From positions 352,001 through 416,000 of the forward strand of contig CAVYIM010000004.1 in assembly GCA_963768655.1 (NCBI GenBank): a DNA stretch of 64,000 bases, written 5' to 3'. How positions within the stretch are numbered: the stretch's first letter is position 1; each line of letters begins with the position of its first letter. This DNA is from an uncultured Chloroflexia bacterium. Its GTDB lineage: Bacteria > Chloroflexota > Limnocylindria > Limnocylindrales > CSP1-4. The notes beneath the pieces are model-generated. The model was given only the letters and a program-made list of their open reading frames with translations. It was not told the origin of the DNA and searched no databases. The position numbers and the translations under genes were made by a program. This document shows positions 35,443-45,904 of the stretch, one piece after another.

Positions 35443-38400
35443 GTGAAGCGATCCCGCGCGGCCAGGTTGGCCGCACTCGCAATCCTGGCCTTTGGCCTGG
35501 CGATGCCGGGCTCCGTGCTCCGACCCGCGCCCGTCGCGGCGACCGGCACCGCGACGGACTGGCCGATGTACCTGCACGACAGCAGCCTATCGGCGGCCAG
35601 CACGGAGACGATCCTCACATCCGCCGCGATTCCGAACCTGCGACCGCTCTGGACGTACAGGACGGGCGGAGTCATCGCCGCATCTGCGACGGTAGTGGGC
35701 GGCGTGGCCTACGTCGGGTCGTGGGACGGGTACGAATACGCGCTCAATGCCACGACCGGCGCCCTCATCTGGAAGACCTACCTCGGGATCACGACCGCGC
35801 CGGCGTGTTCGCCGCCGCAGCTGGGGATCTCGTCGGTCCCGGCCGTCGTCAACGGCGTGGTCTACGTCGGCGGCGGCGACTCGAACTGGTACGCCCTCGA
35901 CGCGTCGACCGGCGCGGTCCTCTGGAGCGTCCCGACCGGAGACAACAGCGCCACGGGCGGCCACTACAACTGGTCCAGCCCTCTCATCGTCGGCAACTAC
36001 GCCTACGTCGGCATCGCCAGCCTGGGCGACTGTCCTCTGGTTCAGGGGCAGCTGTTGAAGGTCGACCTCAACGCCCACGCCATAGTCGCCACGGCCAACT
36101 TCGTCCCGACCGGGCAGGTGGGCGGCGGAGTCTGGACGTCGCCTTCGATCGACCTCTCGACGAACACGATCTACGTCACGACCGGGACCCTGAACAACAT
36201 CGTCCAGACGACGTCCGAGGCCATGGTCTCGCTCGATGCCACGACGCTCGCCATCAAGAGCTACTGGCAGATCCCGCGCAGCGCCGCCAACGCCGATTCG
36301 GACTGGGGCGATTCGCCGATCCTCTTCACCGACGGCAACGGCCGGGCCATGGTCGCCGGGATCAACAAGAACGGGTTCCTCTACGCCTTTGACCGCTCGA
36401 ACCTCGCGCTGGGTCCGATCTGGTCTGAGCAGATCGCCGTGGGAGGAATATGCCCCACGTGCGGTGATGCGAGCGTGTCATCGATGGCCTTCGCCCAGGG
36501 CCTCCTATATGTCGGCGGCGGCAACACCACCATCAACGGTGTGGGCTACCAGGGGGCGATCAGGGCCATCGATCCCACAACCGGCGCCGTCGTCTGGGCG
36601 CGCGGCCTGGCCAGTCCCGTGATCCCCGCGCTTGCCTACGACAACGGCATGGTCTTCGCGGGCGTCGGACCGCGTCTGGAGGTTCTCGACGCCTCGAGCG
36701 GCGCCCGCCTCTTCAGCTACGCCACCGGTGGCGTGATCTACTCTCCGCCATCGATCTCCGGCGGGACCGTGTTCATCGGCTCGGGCGATGGCAACGAGTA
36801 CGCCTTCGCCCCGACGACGCCGACCGTGCCGCCCGCGGATGCCAGCTGCCCGACCGGCCTGCGCTGCCAGGACATCGGCACGCCGGCGCCGGCGGGCAGC
36901 GAAACGGTCACCTCCGGCTCCTGGGCCATCTCCGCCGGCGGCGCCGGCGTGGGTGCGGCCTCCGACCAGCTCCGGCTGATGAGCCAGTCCTGGACCGGCG
37001 ACTTCCAGGCTCAGGTCCGCGTCGCCGCCCAGGCCGTCGTCGGGACGGGGACCGAGTCGGGTCTCATGGCCCGCCAGGCCAACGATCCGAACTCGCCGTT
37101 CTATGCCGCCAGCGTGGCCGGGGGAAACTCAGTCGCCGTCCAGTACCGGACGTCATTCGGCGGGGCGACCAAGACCGTCAAGCTGGCCTCGACGACACTG
37201 CCTCTGTACCTCGAGATCCTTCGCAGCGGCGACGGCTTCAGCGCGGCCAGCTCGCCGGACGGGGTCACATATACGCTCATTCCGGGCAGCTCCGTGACCG
37301 ACGTCATGCCGGACCAGCTCATGGTCGGGCTGTTTGCGACATCCGGGACGAATGGCACAGCCGGCGCCTCCACGCTCGACTCGGTCGTGGTCGGCGCTCC
37401 GGGCACCCCGCCGTCACCTCCCGCTCCGCCCTCGCCATGCCCGTCGGGATGGTCCTGCGGCGACGTCGGCAATCCGGGGACGGTCGGTAGCCAATCGCTC
37501 AGCGCCGGCACCTGGACCATCAGCGGCGCGGGCACGGCCAGCGGCAACAACAGTTACGCCGACCAGTTCCATCTCGTCTGGCAGGCCATCAGCGGCGACG
37601 CGACGCTCTCGGCTCGAGTGGCCACGCAGGCGAACACCTCGGCGAGCGCACAGGCTGGCCTGGTCTTCCGGGCCGACGCATCCACCCCCGGCGCGCTTTC
37701 GTACGGGGCCTTCGTGACGCCGACGAACGGCATCGAGGTGGTCTATCGGAGCTCGACCGGGCTGCGCACCGTCCTGGCCGCTACTGCGTCCGGCGCCGCG
37801 CCGGCGTACCTGCAAGTGACCCGCTACCAGAACATCTTCACCGCGTTCACCTCCCCGGACGGGGTCAACTGGACCGCGGTGGTCGGATCCTCTGTGACCC
37901 TGGGAGCGGGCGGCCCGATGGTGGCCGGCCTTGCGGTCGACTCGAACCTGGCCACGCTCGCCACGGACACCTTCGACACCGTCTCCCTGGCCGGCTCGGC
38001 GTCGCCGCCTCCCAGCCTTTGCCCGTCCGGCTGGACGTGCCAGGACATCGGCTTCCCCACGCCTGCGGCGGGCTCGCAGTCCGTCGTGGGATCGAACCTG
38101 ACCGTCCAGGCCGGCGGTAGCGACATCTGGGGCAGCTACGACAGCTTCCGGCTGCTCAGCCAGCCGCTGGCCGGCGACGGGACCATCAGCGTTCGAGTCG
38201 ATTCGCAGACGAACACCTCGACCTGGGCCAAGGCCGGCGTGATGGTCCGGGCGACCAACGATCCTGCCTCGCCCTACTTCGCCACCTTCATCACGCCCGG
38301 CAACGGCGTCGCGATCCAGTGGCGTACGACGCAGGGCGGGAGCACTTCGCAGGTTCTTGTCGCCGGCACCGTGCCGGCCTGGCTCGAAGTGGCCCGTTCC

Positions 38401-40573
38401 GGCGGCACGTTCACCGCCTACACCTCCGCCGACGGCGTCACCTGGACCGCGGTGCCCGGGGCGAGCGTCGGTCTGACCATGACCGGGACCCTGCTGGCCG
38501 GCCTGGCAGTGACCTCGCACAACGGCAGCGCTATGGGCACGGTCACCTTCGACACGACAACCCTGACCAACGCGTCACCGCCGCCTCCGGGAGCGTGCCC
38601 GACGAGCTGGACGTGCGCCGACATCGGCAACGTCGGCATCGCCGGTGCCCAATCGCTGACCTCCGGGACCTGGACCGTCCAGGGTGGGGGAGGCGACATC
38701 TGGGACGTCGCCGATAACTTCCACTACGTCTGGCAATCGCTCGCCACTGACGGTGGCGTGAGCGCGCGGGTCATCTCGCAGACGAATACCGCCGCGTGGG
38801 CGAAGGCCGGAGTGATGCTCCGCGCCACGACCGATCCCGGCTCACCGTACTACGCCGCCTTCGCGACTCCGGGGAACGGCGTCGCGGTGCAGTGGCGGAC
38901 CGCGCAGGCCGGACCAAGCTCGCAGGTTCTTGCGGCCGGAACCCCTCCGGTCTATCTCAAGGTAGCCCGCGCCGGTGGCTCGTACTCCGCGTACACGTCT
39001 CCTGACGGCGCGACCTGGACCCTCGTCCCGGGATCCACGGTCAACCTCGGACTGACGGGGACGGTCCTGACCGGTCTGGCAGTCACTTCCCACAACTGGG
39101 GCGTGCTGAGCGCGGCGACCTTCGACACCGTGACGTTCGCGCAGCTCGCCGCCGCCGTGGCTCGACGGCGACATCGGCGCCCCGGCCCTGGCAGGCCTGG
39201 CAAGCTCGACCAGCGGAGTCTTCACCGTCAGCGCCGGCGGGACGGATATCTACGGAACGGCCGACCAGCTCCACTTCGTCTACCAGCCGGCCACGGGCGA
39301 CACCACTCTCGGCGCCCGCGTGGCCAGCCAGTCCGGCACGAGTTCATGGGCGCGGGCCGGAGTCATGCTCCGAGCCACAACCAGCGCCGGTTCGCCTTAC
39401 TACGCCGCGTTCGCGACGCCGGGCAACGGCGTGGCGGTGCAGTGGCGCAAGACCCAGGGCGCGTCGACGTCGCAGCTGAAGATCGCCGGAACCGTGCCGA
39501 TCTACCTGGAAGTGGCCCGGTCCGGTAGCACCTTCACCGCGTACACGTCGCCCGACGGGTCGACCTGGACCGCCATCCCGGGATCGAGCGTGACGTTTGC
39601 GACCCCGGCGGCCATCCTGGCGGGCCTGGCGGTCAATTCGCACAATGCCTCCAAGCTCGGCACGGATACCTTCGATTCGGTGTCCCTCGCCGCCTCGGCG
39701 CCGCCACCGCCCAACGACTTCTCGATCGCGGCAACGCCGGCGACCGTTACGGTCGTGGCCGGTAACGCGGGCACCAGCTCCATCGGGACGGCGGTGGTGT
39801 CGGGCGCCGCCGAGTCAATCGCCCTGACGGCGACGGGTCTGCCGGCGGGCGTGACAGCGGGATTCAGCCCGACGTCTGTCTCCACCGGCACCGCCTCAAC
39901 CCTCACTCTGACCGTCGGCGCCACGGCGACGCCCGGGACGTACCCGATCAAGGTCACGGGCACCGCCCCGTCGGCGACCCATTCGACGACCGTGACCCTT
40001 ACCGTGACAGCTCCGCCGCCGCCGGTGCCCAGCCCCTGGGTCGACACGGACGTCGGCGCTCCGCCGGTCGCCGGGTCGGCGTCCTACGCCAGTGGCGTCT
40101 TCACCGTGAACGGCTCGGGTGCCGACATCTTCGGCACGAACGACCAGTTCAACTACGTCTACCAGCCCACGACCGGCAACGGCACGATCATCGCCCGCGT
40201 GACCTCCGTGTCGAACACGAGCTCCAACGCGAAGGCAGGGATCATCTGGAAGGCGTCCACGACTGCCGGATCGCCATACATCCTGATCGCGGCCGCGCCG
40301 TCCGGACTCGTGAAGGTGCAGTACAACTTCACGGGCTCGGTCACTGCCACGACCTACACGTATCCCAACGTCTGGATGAAGCTGGTCCGCTCCGGCAGCT
40401 CGTTCAGCGCATACCTCTCGCCCGACGGCGTCACCTGGACGTCGGTCCTCGCGAACAAGTCCCTGACCACCATCCCGACCGCGGCGACTGTCGGCCTCTT
40501 CGAGTGCTCGCACAGCACGACCAAGCTCGGAACCGCGACCTTTGACAACGTCAGCTTCACTCCGGGGCCATGA
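35443..40573 (+). CDS. Large secreted PQQ-like beta-propeller protein with six ConA/DUF1349-like domains and an Ig-like module; split by an apparent +1 frameshift near 39134-39150
   Basis: Signal peptide, DWPMY, repeated YVGS.DG..YAL.A.TG..W blades and repeated W...DIG...AKAGVM.R...GLAV.SH modules. The repeat continues in frame +1 (PPWLDGDIG...) into ORF 39320-40573. Confidence 0.8.
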
Positions 40574-40583
40574 GCGTCGCTCG

Positions 40584-41816
40584 GTGACCCATTGGGCTCG
40601 CCGGGCCATGGTGGCGCTCGTTCTGGCCGCGGTTTCGGGTTGCGCCGGATCCGCGGCCGGGGCCACTCCGTCCGGCGGCGCGGGGGGATTGGCCGGGCCG
40701 GCCACTCCAAGCCCCACGGCTTCCACCCCAACGGTCCTGCCCAGCCTGAGCCCCACGCCGGCGCCCACCCCGATGTCCGCGGCGGCCGCGGCCGCGCCGT
40801 GCCTGGCAGGCACGTCGTCCGGGCCGTTCCTTGGCACCGACGGAAAGAACATCACCTGTGCCGGCCAGCCGCTGATTCTGACCGGGTTCACGTTCTATCC
40901 GGCCGTTCTCGGCGGCGCGAAGGCCTGGCACGATCCGAGCTTCCCCGCGTACATCGACCACATCCTCGACATGGGCGCGGCAGCGGGCCAGAACCTGATT
41001 CGGGCGACGGACCAGTGGGACAGCACCACGCCGGGCCAGACGGCAGACGACCCGACCGTCTGGGCCAACATGGACTACCTGCTGACGGCGGCCCGCAAGA
41101 GAGGCGTCTTCGTCGTCATCGATCTATCGGCCTTCCGCTGGCTGCTCGAGAGCCAGGGCACGGACCCGTCGCGCGCCGATCTGTGGACCAGCTTCATCGA
41201 CATGGTGGCGGCCCGCTACCGCGACAACCCGGATGTGGCCTTCTATTCGATCTCGGGGGAACCTGCGCCACCGGCCACCCAGGCCCAGCTGCAGGCCCTG
41301 CTCACGTTCTACCGAACGACGAGCGACGCTCTTCGCAGCGCTGATCCCAACCACCTGATCACGGTCGGCGGTTTCAACCACATGGAAGACCATCCGGAGA
41401 TTGGCTGGTGGCAGTCCATCGACGCTCTGCCGGCCAACGACATCGTCGCCGTCAAGACGTACTCCCAGCACGATCTCGACCTCATGCCGGCGATCGCCGC
41501 CTACGGCCGCTCGGTCGGCAAGCCGGTGGTCGACGAGGAGTTCGGGATGCCACAGGGCTTCGGCGATGGAAGCTTCGCCGGTGGCGCGGCGTACAACGGT
41601 CTGTCGACCGGCCGGGCGCCTTTCTTCGAATCGGTCTACCGCTCCGGCCGGTCCCTCGGGTTTGCCGCGTACATCTTCTGGAACATGGGTTGTCAGATCG
41701 GCCGGACAAGCTACGAGGTGAGCCCGGCGACGCCGGCGACGTGGTCGGTCGTCATTCAGAACGGCGCTGTCGCGGCAGCCGGATCAAACGCTTCGGCTTC
41801 TTCTCTCTGCCCCTGA
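40584..41816 (+). CDS. GH5-family lipoprotein
   Basis: GTG 40584, lipobox AVSGC, LTGFTFY, NLIRA, RYRDNPDVAFYSISGEP, DPNHLI, PVVDEEFG. Confidence 0.8.
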   Translation: MTHWARRAMVALVLAAVSGCAGSAAGATPSGGAGGLAGPATPSPTASTPTVLPSLSPTPAPTPMSAAAAAAPCLAGTSSGPFLGTDGKNITCAGQPLILTGFTFYPAVLGGAKAWHDPSFPAYIDHILDMGAAAGQNLIRATDQWDSTTPGQTADDPTVWANMDYLLTAARKRGVFVVIDLSAFRWLLESQGTDPSRADLWTSFIDMVAARYRDNPDVAFYSISGEPAPPATQAQLQALLTFYRTTSDALRSADPNHLITVGGFNHMEDHPEIGWWQSIDALPANDIVAVKTYSQHDLDLMPAIAAYGRSVGKPVVDEEFGMPQGFGDGSFAGGAAYNGLSTGRAPFFESVYRSGRSLGFAAYIFWNMGCQIGRTSYEVSPATPATWSVVIQNGAVAAAGSNASASSLCP

Positions 41817-42298
41817 TCACTCTGGGCCGCACAACGACTCTGGTTCGGTTGGCACGATTCCCGGAGTCACCGAACCGGTGGGCAGCTCTCTACCCGAAGG
41901 AGCTGCGTGCGGGGCTGACGCTCCAGTGCCGGCGTCTCGAGGCGCCTGTCTGGTGAGACGCCCGTCTCGCCCACCGGCAAAGGGCCTCGATTCGTTGACG
42001 GCTCGCCGAGCGCTCCGGAATACTCGGGAGGCCTGAAGCGGGCTGCTACTCAAGGGCAGTTGAGAGTAGTACCGCGTAGAGCAGTAACGACAGCCATTCG
42101 ACTCGCCGCTCCAGCCTACCCGTTCAGGACCCGTTCGACCTCACCCTGGGCAACCCGTGCCCGGACACATCCACAAGCCATGTCCAGGCTTCCACCGAAG
42201 CCCGGCGGGGGCATTCGCGGCGGCCACGCACACGAGTCGCCCGCCTTCTGCCAGGCCGGTGGAATTGACGCTCCAGCAATCTCGACCAAAGGGGTTCC

Positions 42299-45200
42299 AT
42301 GCCTGCCATCTCAGCGCCCTCGGCTCCGGCAAGAAGGGCGTACGTCGCGAACCGGAAGATCTCGCGGTTCTTGCGGCGCGCCCCTGCCTCTCTCCATCGG
42401 CTGATGCTCGCGACCGCCGCCGTGGTCCTGGCCTCCGCGAGTGTCCTCGCGGGCGCGGGGTCGATCTCCCGCGCCGCGGCTACGGGCAACGCGGCCTTCC
42501 CGGATCTGCCGCCCGGCTTCGCAAAGGTCGAGCTGGCGAAGGGTCTCAAGAATCCGACCGTCTTCGCGTTCGGGCCCAACGGCGACATCTACATCGCCCA
42601 GCAACGCGGCGCGATGCTGCTCGATCGGGGTGGCGTCATCCAGCCCACGCCGGTGATGACCCTCAACACGGACAACCTCACCGAGACCGGCGTGCTCGGC
42701 ATGGCGCTCGACCCGAATTTCGCCACCAACGGCTACATGTATGTGGCCTACACGACGCCGGACGAACATGCCCAGCTGTCGCAATTCACGATCACCGGTG
42801 GCGGCACGACGGGCAGCCTGGCCAGCGAAGTCGTCTATATGCGCGGCAACGAGCTGCAGTCCGCTCATCACAGCGTCAACGACGTCCATATCGGACCCGA
42901 CGGCAAGCTCTGGGTCAGCGTCGGCGACAACGACCCGGCCATCACGAACGGGCAGACCCTGACCAACGTCTACGGCAAGATCCTGCGCTTCAACCTGGAC
43001 GGCAGCATCCCGTCGGACAACCCGTTCGTGAATGTCCCCGGCGCGGTGCCGTCGATCTACGCGTACGGCCTGCGCAACCCGTTCCGGTTCACCTTCCTGC
43101 CCAACGGCAAGGCCATGACCGAGGACACGGGATCGAACTACTGGGAGGAGTTCGACACGATCCAGCCGGGCGGCAACTACGGCTGGGACTTCTACGAGGG
43201 CAATTGCTTCAGCTGCGGATACATCAACCCGACCTACGCGTACGGCCATCTGCCGACGGACGGCGCCGCATCCGCGGTGGCGGCCTACTCGGGCAACGTC
43301 TTCCCGGCCCAGTACGCCCACACGGTCTTCTTCGGCGACTACAACCGTACTGACATCGAGGCGGTCCAGTTCGACCCGACATATACGACCGAGATTTCGG
43401 ACACGGTCTTCGACAGCAGCGTCGGGACGATCGCCGACCTCCAGGAAGGCCCCGACGGCGATCTCTACTACGTCAACATCTACGAGGGACAGTTCTGGAA
43501 GATCTACCCGACCGGTCCATTCGCGCCGACCGCCGCCGCCTCGGCCAGCCCCAACGCCGGGCTCGCGTCGCTGAGCGTCCAGTTCTCCTCGGCCGGGTCG
43601 AACGACCCGTACAACCTGCCGCTTTCCTACAGCTGGGACTTCGGCGACGGGTCGGCCGTCTCGACGAGCCCGAACCCGAGCCACGTCTATGTAACCAACG
43701 GAACGTATACGGCAACTCTTACGGTGAGCAACGGGACGTCCAGCGCGCAGGCCACGACCCAGGTGGTCGTCGGCAACGCGCCGCCGGCCGCCTCGATCGA
43801 CTCACCCCTCGTCGGCGCCACCTATAGCGCCGGGGACACGATCTCCTTCAGCGGCTCGGCCACCGACGCGCTGGACGGCACGCTGCCTGCCAGCGACTTC
43901 ACCTGGCAGGTCGACTTCATCGCCAACGGCGTCGTCAAGCCCAGCTACTTCTACGAGGTGCCCGGCCCCTTCTACGGGCCGGTCAGCGGAGTCTCGTCCG
44001 GCTCGTTCCAGATCCCGACCGACAACTCGAACGTCCCGTCCAGCTTCTACCGCATCACCATGACCGTGACCGACTCGCTCGGCCTCTCGACGGTCGTGAC
44101 GCGTGACATCCATCCGAACGTCACCTCCTGGACCGTCAAATCGAACGTTGCCGGGGCCAAGTTCTTCGTCGACGGGACGCTCCAGGCCGGCTCGTACACG
44201 ACGTCGGACGTGGTGGGCGTCCAGCACGTCTTGATGGGCCTGCCCGACCAGGTGATCGGCGGCACCGAATACCGCCTGCATGGCTGGGCCGACGGCAGTG
44301 GCCAGACCGACAGGTTCACGGCCGGCGCCTCGCCGGCGACGTACACCGTCGTCGAGGACCCGGTGACGAGCACTCTGCCCGCCGGCTGGACCAGCGTCGA
44401 CGTCGGCGCCCCGCTGATGGCCGGCACCACCGACTACTCGACGGCCGACCAGGCCTTCTACCTCGACGGCTCCGGCACCGACGTCTACGGCACCAACGAC
44501 CAGTTCCACTACACGTACATGACCCTGACCGGCGACGGCACGATCATCGCCCGAGTCCGGTATCAGACGAACTCGAGCCCGTCGGCCAAGGCCGGCGTCA
44601 TGTTCAAGGAAACGCCCACCGCCGGGGCCAACTACGTCGCCGCGCTGGTGTACCCGGACGTCAGCCCGAACACCCCGAACACGAACGGTGTCGACTGCAC
44701 GCCCGACGGCTGCGCTGCTCCGCTCCCGCCCATCGATCCCACGATCGGCAAGGGAGTGAAGATGCAGTACAGCACGACCGGCGGCATCTCCCCGACCTCG
44801 CCGCTCGCCAACTACCTGTATCCGAACAAGTGGCTGAAGCTCCAGCGCGTCGGCAACACGTTCACGGCCTACCAATCCCTCGACGGCGCGACCTGGAGTC
44901 TGATCGGGAAGAAGACCTTCACGATGGCCACCACGGCCACGGTCGGGCTCTTCGTGACCTCCCACAACACCGGCCAATACAGCACCGTTGGCTTCGACAA
45001 TGTCTCGGTCTCCGGCGCGGTGACCCTGCCGCCGAACGACTTCTCCATCTCGGCCAGCCCGACGACGGTGCCGGTCACGGCCGGGACCAGCGGCTCGACG
45101 AGCATCACCACCGCGCTCGTGTCCGGTAGCGCGGAGTCGATCGCCCTGTCCGCGACCGGACTGCCTCTCGGCGTGACCGCCGGCTTCAGCCCGACCTCGG

Positions 45201-45898
45201 TCACCGCCGGTGGCTCCTCGAACCTGACCTTCACCGTGACCGGCTCGGTCGCCCCCGGCACCTACCCGATCGGCGTCACCGGTACGGCTCCTTCGGCGAC
45301 ACACGGCACGTCCGTGTCGCTGACCGTGACCGCCCCCGGAGCCCTGCCGTCCCCCTGGGCGGACACCGACGTCGGTGCGCCCTCGCCGGCCGGCTCGGCG
45401 ACCTACAGCGGCGGCGTCTTCAGCGTCAACGGCTCGGGCGCCGACATCTTCGGGACCAACGACCAGTTCAACTACGTCTATGAGGCCAGCGCCGGCAACG
45501 GCACTCTCATCGCCCGGGTCAGCTCCCAGACGAATACCGGCAGCACCAACAGCAAGGCCGGGATCATCTGGAAGGCTTCGACCGTGTCGGGCTCGCCCTA
45601 CATCCTGATCGAGACCGGTCCGAGCGGTGTTGTGAAGGTCCAGTACAACTTCAGCGGCTCGCTCTCGGCGACTTCCACCTACAGCTTCCCCAACGTGTGG
45701 ATGAAGCTCGTCCGTTCGAGCGGCAACTTCAGCGCCTACCTCTCGCCCGACGGCGTCACCTGGACGGCCGTCGTGACCAACAAGAGCCTGCCCACGATCC
45801 CGACCGCCGCGACGATCGGCATCTTCGAGTGTTCCCACAAAGTCGGCGTCCTTGGGACCGCGACCTTCGACAACGTCAGCTTCACCCCAGGGCCCTAG
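42299..45898 (+). CDS. Secreted PQQ-dependent sugar dehydrogenase (glucose/sorbosone family) with PKD, Ig-like and two ConA-like domains
   Basis: GVLGMALDPNF..NGY.YV.YT, GPDGKLWVSVGD, YGKILRFNLDG..P.DNPF, YAYGLRNPF, GGNYGW; PKD YSWDFGDG. Confidence 0.85.
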   Translation: MPAISAPSAPARRAYVANRKISRFLRRAPASLHRLMLATAAVVLASASVLAGAGSISRAAATGNAAFPDLPPGFAKVELAKGLKNPTVFAFGPNGDIYIAQQRGAMLLDRGGVIQPTPVMTLNTDNLTETGVLGMALDPNFATNGYMYVAYTTPDEHAQLSQFTITGGGTTGSLASEVVYMRGNELQSAHHSVNDVHIGPDGKLWVSVGDNDPAITNGQTLTNVYGKILRFNLDGSIPSDNPFVNVPGAVPSIYAYGLRNPFRFTFLPNGKAMTEDTGSNYWEEFDTIQPGGNYGWDFYEGNCFSCGYINPTYAYGHLPTDGAASAVAAYSGNVFPAQYAHTVFFGDYNRTDIEAVQFDPTYTTEISDTVFDSSVGTIADLQEGPDGDLYYVNIYEGQFWKIYPTGPFAPTAAASASPNAGLASLSVQFSSAGSNDPYNLPLSYSWDFGDGSAVSTSPNPSHVYVTNGTYTATLTVSNGTSSAQATTQVVVGNAPPAASIDSPLVGATYSAGDTISFSGSATDALDGTLPASDFTWQVDFIANGVVKPSYFYEVPGPFYGPVSGVSSGSFQIPTDNSNVPSSFYRITMTVTDSLGLSTVVTRDIHPNVTSWTVKSNVAGAKFFVDGTLQAGSYTTSDVVGVQHVLMGLPDQVIGGTEYRLHGWADGSGQTDRFTAGASPATYTVVEDPVTSTLPAGWTSVDVGAPLMAGTTDYSTADQAFYLDGSGTDVYGTNDQFHYTYMTLTGDGTIIARVRYQTNSSPSAKAGVMFKETPTAGANYVAALVYPDVSPNTPNTNGVDCTPDGCAAPLPPIDPTIGKGVKMQYSTTGGISPTSPLANYLYPNKWLKLQRVGNTFTAYQSLDGATWSLIGKKTFTMATTATVGLFVTSHNTGQYSTVGFDNVSVSGAVTLPPNDFSISASPTTVPVTAGTSGSTSITTALVSGSAESIALSATGLPLGVTAGFSPTSVTAGGSSNLTFTVTGSVAPGTYPIGVTGTAPSATHGTSVSLTVTAPGALPSPWADTDVGAPSPAGSATYSGGVFSVNGSGADIFGTNDQFNYVYEASAGNGTLIARVSSQTNTGSTNSKAGIIWKASTVSGSPYILIETGPSGVVKVQYNFSGSLSATSTYSFPNVWMKLVRSSGNFSAYLSPDGVTWTAVVTNKSLPTIPTAATIGIFECSHKVGVLGTATFDNVSFTPGP

Positions 45899-45904
45899 CG
45901 GCAA
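45009..45904 (+). repeat. 896-bp direct repeat, copy 1
   Basis: Matches 47415-48310 at offset 2406; one difference seen (45631 T vs 48037 C, synonymous). Confidence 0.92.

Noticed and set aside
39134-39160. Programmed frameshift in the PQQ/lectin gene
   Set aside because: No slippery site or stimulator, and another indel in the window favours sequencing error.
41817-42298. Structured ncRNA in a long intergenic region (also 27840-28270 and 48310-48630)
   Set aside because: Only generic GC hairpins and an imperfect inverted repeat near 42046-42069; no recognisable family without a covariance search.
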